64,000 nt of DNA from Octopus sinensis (taxonomy: Eukaryota): positions 12,772,001 to 12,836,000 of the forward strand of contig NC_043002.1 of the NCBI RefSeq assembly GCF_006345805.1. The letters run 5' to 3'. The notes under the pieces were generated by a model. That model did not search any database, was not told the origin of the DNA, and worked only from the letters and a program-made list of their open reading frames with translations. The position numbers were made by a program, and so were the translations under genes. The number at the start of each line of letters is the position of its first letter. Within the stretch, counting starts at the first letter, position 1. Of the stretch, positions 42,613 through 53,131 are shown in pieces.

Positions 42613-45206
42613 TATTTGTAATCTCCCCACTTTATCGTATGGTTAACACCGAATAGATTTCTTGTGTATCCTAGTCAAGTACCATATTCATGTGAATTCA
42701 ATAGAACTCATTTGAATCTTAAGTTCTTAAACCGTATATATATATATATATATATATAAACTATCACTTCGTCGGTTGCGACGATCAGAGTTCCAGCTAA
42801 TCCAAACGATGTCCTTATCGTGAAATTACCGTTGCTGAGCACTCCATAAACATGCATACACTTATCTTAGTTTCTTTGAATGAATATCTTAAAAGGAAAC
42901 TCTCTAAGAAATCCCATCATATTCATACATACACATCTGTGCTAACTACATCCCCAAGGATGGAGCCTTGTATCTTTGCTGAAAACCGGCTCCCTCCTCA
43001 GTGGAAGATTTATAATCATTAGAAAATTGAAGATACACGCACTTGCTATTGGTTAGCTCCCCTGATCTGTATATTTATTTCGAAATCCTGCGTAACCTTG
43101 CGTTGTTTCGTGTCTTCTCAAACAAAACGGACGTTATTACCAGTTTCATTATTTATCCATAAATAAATGATATTTATTCACCAATGCAATGTTGAGTATT
43201 CATTCTCAGATTTCGATACTAACGTCTATATATATGTAAGTGTGTGTGTGTGTGTGTATGTGTGTGGAGGTTCAATGGCCCAGTGGTTAAGGCAGCGGTC
43301 GTGAGGTCGCGGTTTCGATTCCCAGACCGGGCATTGTCAGTGTTTATTGAGCGGAAACACCTAAAGCTCCACGAGGCTCCAACAGGGAGTGGTGGCCGAT
43401 CCTGCTGTACTCTTTCACCATTACTTTCTCTCACTCTTTCTTCTGTGTTTCTGTTGTACTTGTATTTCAAAGGGTCAGCCTTGTGACACACTGTGTCACG
43501 CTGAATCTGCACGAGAACTTCGTTCAGGACACACAGCCACTTACACGTTACTTTTCCGAGCAGGCTGTTCCGTTGATCGGATAAACTGGAACCCTTGTCG
43601 TAGTAACCGATGGAGTGCCACGACGTGTGTGTGTGTGTGTGTGTGTTTGTTAGTTTGTTTGCACCTCCGTGACCTAGCGGTTCGGCTAAAAGACTAATAG
43701 GAAAAGCATCAAACTTAAGTCGAAGTTTTTGACGAAAATCCCTTGAAGGCGCTGACCCACCATAGTCGCAGCCCAATGACTGAAAGCAGTGTTATAGAAC
43801 TTACCAGCTGTAATCAAAAAGTATCCAACTTTTTTTTATTTTGCACAAAATAACAAAGCGTGAGCAAAATCTGCATGGGTATACGCAAAGATTTCCCCCT
43901 GCAGTGATGTGTTGGGTACAGCCTTGAAGTGTGCTGTGAGATTGTTAAAGTCAAATTTAAAAAAAATATTACTTGCTTTTTGGCCAAAGTTCGGATAATT
44001 TTTGTCTACACCTAGTATTTGTAAATTTATTGGAATTTATAAATATTATGCACTAAAATGTTTCAGAATTCAAAAATTAAAGAAATGGATGAAAATCAGA
44101 TTTGCAGTTTTAAAGAACTTTATTTTTCACAAAAAAACATTTCTAAAAGTTATTGTATTTCAAGTCTTACTGGTTACAGAAAACAGCCTTGCGATAATTG
44201 CTGATCTTGAAACGCAATTCTGAAATATACAAAATATGAATATATTTATAGATATAAAAAAGATATAAAATTGCTTTAAAAAATCTAGAAGTTAATCTTA
44301 TCTTCCTAAAATAAATCCTTGTAGGTAAAAGACTTAAATTAGAAAATTGCGATCAAGTGTCTATAGTATTTGCATAATTTACTATTTTTCTCTAGCCCTG
44401 GGCACATCGGAACGCTTAATCAATTACCATGGCATATTACTGACGAAGATCACAACATTACATATGAACGTGACTTTGGTCCATCACAGTATATAAGGCC
44501 AGCAATTTCCAATGACGATTGAAGCCGATACCAATAACACCACTTTATATTCATTTCTTTACTGCCAACAAGGGGCAATACACAGAGGGGACAGTCAAGG
44601 ACAAACAAACGGATTAAGTTTATTATATCGACCCCAGCGCGTAACTGGTACTTATGTAATCGACCCCGAAAGGATGAAAGGCAAAGTCGACTTCGGCGGA
44701 ATTTGAACTCAGAACGTAACAGCAGACGAAATACGGCTACGCATTTCACCCGGCGTGCTAACGATTCTGCCAGCTCGACGCCCTACATAATCTTTTCTAC
44801 TATAGGAACAAGGCCTGCAATTTTGTGGAGGGGACTAGTAGATTGCGTGAACCCCAGTATTTCACTGGTACTTATTTTATCGACCACGAAAGGATGAAAG
44901 GGTGAAGTTATACTCGGCGGAATTCGAACCTGAGTATAAACAGCCGGAACAAACAAAGCTAAGCCTTTTATCCGACGCTCTAAAGGGATTGATAACTCAC
45001 CGTTTTAAACGGTTTCAAATTTTGATAGAAGGCGAATCATAGAGGAGTTAATGTTTGTCCAATTTCCATCTCATCTACCAAAAGCATTCTGACAGTTTTA
45101 CTATTACTATGGCCGCTAGGACTCTAGATCTTTCTGTAATGCGATAATTTAGAAATAAACGTGTCAAACGAAATATGATAAAATGAAATATAAAGAAGTT
45201 ACTTAC

Positions 45207-45386
45207 ATTGGTTTTGACAATATGGCGGAGGAATTTCGCTACATCTTTGAGTTTGGGGGTCAAAGAAAAGATTGAATTGACACGGCATGGAAGGGTATGA
45301 GGTACGCTTGAAACAGGGAATATACCTGTGGCAGTCAGCAGGGTCACGGTTCATCCCGTCTGGGTATTGGTTACAGAGAGGATCAT
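45207..45386 (-). CDS. CBM14 gene C exon 2
   Basis: Same splice sites as A. One synonymous change vs A. Confidence 0.92.
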
Positions 45387-45870
45387 CTGAAGAGAAAATG
45401 TTTTAATAAAGTTTTAATGCAAGCGCGATAATTAATTTTGGTCATATCTTGATTTTTAGAAAATGTAGTCACAAGGACCATATATTATGAAATAGTATCA
45501 AATGATACAATATATACATCAGTTCACATATATACAAATGCAGATATATATTACTTCCGGTTTTCGTAGAGGAAAGACGCGTTTGCTTTTGCTCTGTGAA
45601 AAAAAACAAGAAGATTTGCATAAATCGACGAAATAATCTACTAAAACTAACAAAACGTAGAACTTGTTAACTCATAACGATCTACTAAAATACATTAATT
45701 AAAAATATATTAATTAAAAACGTAATATATTTCGCTTGAAGCCAAATATAATACATTAAAGTTAGTTACGCATGCTAGATTCTTCGCCGAAAAAGCACGT
45801 GGTGGCAAGTCTTTAACTTATCTCCAACCAAATGTAAGAAGGAAAAAGAATTGTTCTCTTTTCTGTTTTG

Positions 45871-46122
45871 CTTTTTAATATTCTGCCAAAGAGTCTGAGG
45901 AACTTGCACAAAGTAGATGTATCGGTCTTTAAATCAAAGCTGGACATCTTCCTGTCGAGAGTCCCAGATAACCCTACCTCACGGCAAGAGGTGCAAATGA
46001 GAGTAGCTATGTCAAACTCCATTCTTTACCAAGTGCCACATATTAGAGGGGGTTCTTCGTAATAACAGTGTAGCACAAAACGGCGGTGCATCAGCATGGC
46101 CGCAGCTCTGAGCTGAAACAAG

Positions 46123-46126
<4 letters not shown>
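45871..46126 (+). mobile_element. 3' remnant (~256 bp) of the CR1-type LINE in unit C
   Basis: The junction CTGTTTTG|CTTTTTAATATT joins B-equivalent positions 26988 and 30857. Confidence 0.9.
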
Positions 46127-46192
<66 letters not shown>

Positions 46193-48122
46193 GTAAGGAA
46201 CAAATGTCCTCTTCACCGGTGTAAAAATCACTGAGGCAATTAGAGGTCACCGGAAGAAGAATGTGTCTGCTTTCCGAGTTCTGAAGAGTTCTCCTCCACT
46301 AACCACGCCAAGATGGGAATTGTCCAGGCTAAAGGAATGGACTCTTCAAGGAGAAAAGATGCATATTCCCGCTTCAAACAAGTGCCTCTTGATCAAATGC
46401 CTGCAAAAGTTCGAAGAGTGGTTGTTGATGGCCTTGGAAGAACCAAAAATGACATTGTTGTCAAAGAAGTGAAATCTATATTTGGAGCTAAAAACTTTCA
46501 GGAGATGATACATCGAACCCATGATGTCAAAGTCCGGTTTGAGAAACTTGGTCTCTTCAGATCCATCAAGATAATGGTGGACAACTTGAAAGAAGATTCT
46601 GTTTCTACTGATAACTATGAAGTGACATTTGAGGTTGAAGAACTACGAAGGGTCTCTGGTGGTATCAACACCTTAATTGGTACCAATGATGCAAGTCTTT
46701 TGCTGGGAATGAAATTACCGAACATGTTTGGTCGAGGTGAAAAATCTATATTTGAATATTCTCATGGTACTAAGACTAACCGAGGACAAAATTTCACATT
46801 CTATGCTCCCTTACATGGCAACCCTGACACAATGTTCAGTTCAGGGGTGTACCAGTCCAGTATGGAATATCCCTGGAGTGGTTACGTAGAGACCAGTCGA
46901 GGAACGTCTATTGACTTCACCTTACCTTCATATTTTGGCTCTCATTGCCTGCGTCTTGAAGGAGTCTGGAGAGATTTACGAGCTTTATCACGAACAACTG
47001 CATTTGCTGTCAGAGAGCAAGCCGGACACACGTTAAAATCTTCAATAAAGCATGAATTTGTCAAAGACACAAGAGACGACCCAATAATTCCACGACATGG
47101 TTTCCTGCTGAAAATTATTGACGAATATGCAGGACTTGGTGGTAACGTGGAATATTTGAAAAATGAAATAGAATTTCAGGGGACGAAATCCTTATTCTTT
47201 GATTGTAGTGTACAGATGTCGTTAGCTGGTGGAATGATGAAACCTCTTGCAACTAATAACGAGCTGAAAATCAATGATCGATTTTTCCTTGGAGGACCTT
47301 TGACCCTGAGAGGGTTCACACTAAAAGGAGTTGGACCACACAGTGATGGTAACGCATTAGGTGCTGACACCTACTGGCTGGCAGCGTTACACCTGTATAC
47401 ACCTCTACCCTTCCGTCCTGGAAAAGGCGGCTTTGGAGAACTGTTTAGAACTCACCTGTTTGTAAATGCTGGAAACTTGGCCAACTTGAAGCTCAGTGAT
47501 GGTCCGAGGGGAATATTAAATGGTCTGAAATCAAATTACAGAGTATCATATGGTGGTGGAATTGTCCTTCGGATGGGACGAGTGGCTCGCCTTGAATTGA
47601 ATTATGTTGTGCCCTTACACATATGTCAAGGAGACAGTGTCAACCCTGGTCTTCAGTTTGGCATTGGCTTCGTGTTCTTGTGATACCACTTACCATTCTA
47701 CCATTGTAGTTATATTTCCGGTTGAGTCTGGTCCAGCCCTCTCTCCATCCACCATTGACCGGTGCCGGACATTACTGTATCCAGCCTGTACTGGTCATCC
47801 ACGAACCTTTTGTTTCTGTCCAGTTGGGTATCACACAGTAAAGCTGCAGTTACAAATGGCCGTGAAACTACACAAAACCTCATGGCATTAGTGGAGGGGG
47901 TGGGTGTGGGCTTCAGTGGGGGGTTGGGTGGGGACATCTTTCTAAAAAAACAAAAAAAAAAAAAAGACATTAAATTTAAAGCTGTCCTTAAATGTAACTT
48001 TTGACAATCTTTTACCAAAGAGTGAAACCGGTTAGGTAAATAAACATCGTTTAAATTGCATTTTCAAACCTTTTTTCTTATATAATCCCACTCGTGCGAT
48101 ACCCCACAACTCAACTTTTTTT
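46193..48122 (+). other. ~1.93 kb insertion into the (TA)n tract of unit C: 5' leader, SAMM50 ORF, 260 nt GC-rich segment, A7CA14, Penelope-like tail
   Basis: The flanking (CA)/(TA) tract matches the uninterrupted tract at 31113-31265 in unit B. Confidence 0.9.
46313..47683 (+). CDS. SAMM50: Sorting and assembly machinery component 50 (Omp85 family), intact intronless 456 aa ORF; probable retrocopy
   Basis: MG N-terminus, POTRA-like VVVDGLGRTK, INDRFFLGGPLTLRGF, LHLYTPLPF, GRVARLELNY and C-terminal LQFGIGFVFL. No introns or stops. GCCAAGATGG context. Present only in unit C. Confidence 0.95.
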   Translation: MGIVQAKGMDSSRRKDAYSRFKQVPLDQMPAKVRRVVVDGLGRTKNDIVVKEVKSIFGAKNFQEMIHRTHDVKVRFEKLGLFRSIKIMVDNLKEDSVSTDNYEVTFEVEELRRVSGGINTLIGTNDASLLLGMKLPNMFGRGEKSIFEYSHGTKTNRGQNFTFYAPLHGNPDTMFSSGVYQSSMEYPWSGYVETSRGTSIDFTLPSYFGSHCLRLEGVWRDLRALSRTTAFAVREQAGHTLKSSIKHEFVKDTRDDPIIPRHGFLLKIIDEYAGLGGNVEYLKNEIEFQGTKSLFFDCSVQMSLAGGMMKPLATNNELKINDRFFLGGPLTLRGFTLKGVGPHSDGNALGADTYWLAALHLYTPLPFRPGKGGFGELFRTHLFVNAGNLANLKLSDGPRGILNGLKSNYRVSYGGGIVLRMGRVARLELNYVVPLHICQGDSVNPGLQFGIGFVFL

Positions 48123-48177
<55 letters not shown>

Positions 48178-48406
48178 GTATTTATATATATGTATATATA
48201 TATACAGGGAGAGAGAGAGAGAGAGAGAGATCGTTAGCTACTACACACATTTATTTCTCTCTATGTTTTTTTTCTATGTCCCTTTCTGAATAAGAGCGTA
48301 GGCTCGAAACGTAAAACACTTTTTCTTTTCCTGAGTGTTATACTAATACATCTGTTTGTTTGTACATGACCTGTCTTCGTCTTTTGTTTTTTTCGTAAAC
48401 TCTCGT

Positions 48407-48449
<43 letters not shown>

Positions 48450-48773
48450 TGATGATAATAATACTAATAATAAGCAACCATACTCTGGGATATGCCGATA
48501 CACACAGATAGAGAAATTAAGGCCAACAGACCAGATATAGTTGTCAGAGATCATGAAGAAACAAAATGCTTTCTAATTGATGTATCAATACCGGCTGATG
48601 ACAACGTGTCTCTAAAAGAAATGGAGAATCTCTCAAAATACAAAGACCTGGAAATAGAGGTAACTAGAATGTGGAATCTGAAAACAGAAACAATTCCTAT
48701 CATAGTAGGTGCATTAGGCATGATAAAAAAATATTAGTGAAAGCACGCAATAAAAATAAAACTACTGAATAAC

Positions 48774-48827
<54 letters not shown>

Positions 48828-49062
48828 TAGTGCTCATGGGAACTGCTCATATTCTACGCAAAATACTTGTTATGTAATCTCAACTTTTAAAACAAACAAC
48901 TTTCGTATGGTTTTTAGGCATTCACTAGTACAACACTAAGTACAAAACCAAAAATACGGAACCCTAGGCATAACACCACCACGAACTTCCAACATGTTGT
49001 CTGTTGAGGTCTCTGGGTAGGAATTAGAGCCTGCTTGTGCAAATGTAAAGCAAAAGTCAAAC

Positions 49063-49127
<65 letters not shown>

Positions 49128-49185
49128 TTAATAATAATAATAATAATCATAATAATAATAATAATAATAATATAATTATAACTTG

Positions 49186-49245
<60 letters not shown>

Positions 49246-49487
49246 GATAGTGCTCATGGGAACTGCACATATCCTACGCAAAATTCTTGTTATGTAATCT
49301 TAAGTTTTAAAACAAACAACTTTCGTATGGTTTTTTTAGGCATTCACTAGTACAACACAAAGTACAAAACCAAATATATGGAACCCTAGGCATAACACCA
49401 ACACGAACTTCCAACTTGTTGTCTCTTGAGGTCTCTGGGTAAGAATTGGAGCCAGCTTGTGCAAATGTAAAGCAAAAGTCAAACATA

Positions 49488-49558
<71 letters not shown>

Positions 49559-49812
49559 TATAAATGCACCCTTTTAAAGCCTAGCAAGACTCATGGGCCT
49601 GGTTACCCGGTTTCTGTGGCGTATGTGTTCCCCAGCTGGATGGGACGCCAGTCCATCGCAGCGTTACTCATTTTTGCCAGCTTAGTGGACTGGAGCAACG
49701 TGAAATGAAGTGTTTTGCTCAAGAACAGAACGCGACGCCCGGTCCAGGAATCGAAACCACAATCTTACGATCATGATGCTGACACCCTGAACACTAAGCC
49801 ATGCGCTTCCAT

Positions 49813-49858
<46 letters not shown>

Positions 49859-49884
49859 GCTACTACTAATACTACTACTACTAC

Positions 49885-49930
<46 letters not shown>

Positions 49931-51366
49931 TATAATAATAATAACCCTTTCTACTATAGGCACAGAGCCTGGAATGTTGGGAGAGGGGTCCAGTCGATTA
50001 GACTGACCCCAGTACACAACTGGTACTTACTTTCTCGACCCCGAAAGGATGAAAGGCTTAGTCGACCTCGGCGGAATTTGAACTCAGAATGGATGAAATT
50101 CCACTTCGCATTTTGCCCGGCGTGCTGACAGGATCTAGGATACATCACCCAAAATCAAACATACAAAGGCTTATATACAACGTATAGAAGGTGGTAGAGG
50201 CCTTATACAATTGGAAAACTACTATAAAATAGCCACCATAGGACTGCAAAAATATCTACTTCAGAAGGAAGGAAAACTGATACAAATAGCGGCAAAACAC
50301 GAGCAAAACAAAAAACAGTTTTCAGTATTTAAGGAAGGTGACAAATACAAACAAGATATCATACCACCTAACAAATATGAAAAAGAAGAAGATGAAGAAA
50401 CAACAAAAGCTATAAAACAAATGAAATCCAAACTTAAAGTAGAACAGCAACGAACCATGATAAAATGAATGGCAAGAAAAGCCCCTTCATGGCAAATACT
50501 GGACTAAACTAAATGAAAAAGAAATAGACAAAGAAAAGTCCCAGCAAATGTTGAGAAGCTCAGAACTCAAAGCAGAGACAGAGGGATTTTTAATTGCAAC
50601 ACAAGACCAAAGCCTCCCCAACAGAAATTACCAAAAACATATAATGAAAAGAAATAAAACAAGTAACTGCAGAATGTGTGGAGATGGGCAAGAAACAATA
50701 AATCATATTATCTTTGGCTGCCCAGTCCTGGCTAAGAAGGAATATATAATCACAGACACGACAGAGTTGGGACCTATATACACTGGAAGCTATGCCAACA
50801 TTATGGAATAACAACAGAAAAAAGATGGTATAGGCACACACCAGTAAAGGTCACAGAAAACGAGAAAGCAACCATACTCTGGGATATGCCAATACACACA
50901 GATAGAGAAATTAAGGCCAACAGACCAGATATAGTTGTCAGAGATCATGAAGAAAAAAATGCTTTCTAATTGTTGTGTCAATACCAGCAGATGACAACGT
51001 ATCTCTAAAAGAAATGGAGAAACTTTCAAAATACAAAGACCTGGAAATAGAGGTAACCTGAATGTGGAATCTAAAACAGAAACAATACCTATCATAACAG
51101 GTGCATTAGGCATGATAAAAAATATAGCAAAAACACCAGGACTTACAAACACATATATATACAGAAAATTGCACTACTAGGCACTGCACACATCCTACGC
51201 AGAACACTTTCAATACAGTAACCATCAGCGCACCACAAATCACAGCACATACCCAAGGCACACGGAGCTGCGCTCGGTAGTGAAGTGAAAGCATGCTATA
51301 AAAATATAATTACTGAGTTATAATAATAATAGCAATAATGATAAATATATAGATAAAGAAACTTAC

Positions 51367-51643
51367 CGAATCTTCCTCCATAAACTGGTTTGTCGCAGTC
51401 ATCATATTGGCTGTTCCGCCACACACAGACTTGTTGAGATTGAGAAAACACAGTTTGGTTACCACATGCCAACGGTATGGGAAACATAGCATTACATAAG
51501 TAGAATTCACTGCAGTTACTTGGGGATCGGACAAAATGTGATCCGGCTCTAACTTGTGTCTGCTGACACAGAGTCATGATACTCTGACTGTAGACTGTTG
51601 ACACTGCGATCAAGAGAATGGCGGCCACAAAACGGAACTCCAT
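51367..51643 (-). CDS. CBM14 gene C exon 1
   Basis: Same coding sequence and donor as gene A exon 1. Confidence 0.9.
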
Positions 51644-52106
51644 TGTTGTAATTTTATCAATTATAGAATCGAACGAGAGTTAAGACGAATGGCTTGCAAA
51701 AACGCTATCACAACAGACTAGTAACCTCTGTAAATGTGTCTCAGATCCCTAACAGTGAGCTTCTTATATAGGCCTTAAATAGGGTTAGGGTGAGGTTTTG
51801 AATAAGAATTAGGTAGTAATTCTGGTTCTTTTTTTGAAATTGATCTAATATTTGGTCTTCCTTCTTCATGCTAACAAGCCTCCGCCCAACGACCGTATTA
51901 GATAACTAGTTTATCTGTGTTGTCATTGTTATAGTTGTTGACGTTGTTGTTGTTCTCCTCCCCCTTCTGCTCCGCCTTCTCCCCACCTGCAGATTAGTTA
52001 TCAGTTATGTCAATGGTGATGAAGGAGATGGCCTTAGCGTTTTATTGATAGCTATTATTCTCTTACAATTGACACTACATACATACATATATGCATATGT
52101 ATATAA

Positions 52107-52144
<38 letters not shown>

Positions 52145-52183
52145 AAATATATATATATATATTATATATATATATATATATGT

Positions 52184-52215
<32 letters not shown>

Positions 52216-52593
52216 GAGTGTGTGTATGTATATATAAATATATATATATATAATTATATTAATATAAATGTATATATATACATATATATATTACTATATA
52301 TATATATGCCTGTAAGTATTTATATACATATCTGCTTATATATATGCATGTAAATATTTATATATATGTATATATATAAATATATGTATATATATATATG
52401 CCTGTAAGTATTTATATACATATCTGCTTATATATATGCATGTAAATATTTATATATATGTATATATATAAATATATGTATATAAATAAATAAATCTATG
52501 TAAATATATACACATATACATAGATATGTATATACACACATGCACACACACACACGCACACACACGCACGCACACACACACACACACACACAC

Positions 52594-52640
<47 letters not shown>

Positions 52641-53079
52641 CACACACACGCACGTATAAAATAGACTTTAATTGAAGTACAATTTCACCGAAATTAAACA
52701 TATTTAATGTAATAAATGTGAATGTCAGTGTGTCACGCTTTTCCAACTTTAATAAATCTTTTCTACTGCAAGTACATGGACTCATATTTTTCGAAAAGGA
52801 TTAAGTTTATTCCATCAACCCCAATGCGTAACTGGTACTTTAATCGATCCCTAAAGGATGAACGGCAAAGATGACCTCGGTGGATTTCGAACGCAAAACC
52901 TAACGGCAGCCCGCTGGCTAAGCGAGCAGGCCAACAGCAGAAAGAGTGGGAGAAAGAGTGGTGAAAGATTACAGCAAGGACCACCGCCCTCTGCCGGAGC
53001 CTCGTGGAGTCCGCTGCCCTAACCACTAGGCCATTGCGCCTCCACACACACACACACACACACACACACGCGTATATAG

Positions 53080-53131
<52 letters not shown>

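Noticed and set aside
47694-48018. Minus-strand ORF (102 aa) or a TSP1/CBM14-like peptide (CPAPVNGGW) after SAMM50
   Set aside because: All three frames have stops within the AG-GT interval and no convincing domain pattern. It is kept only as a cryptic-exon finding.
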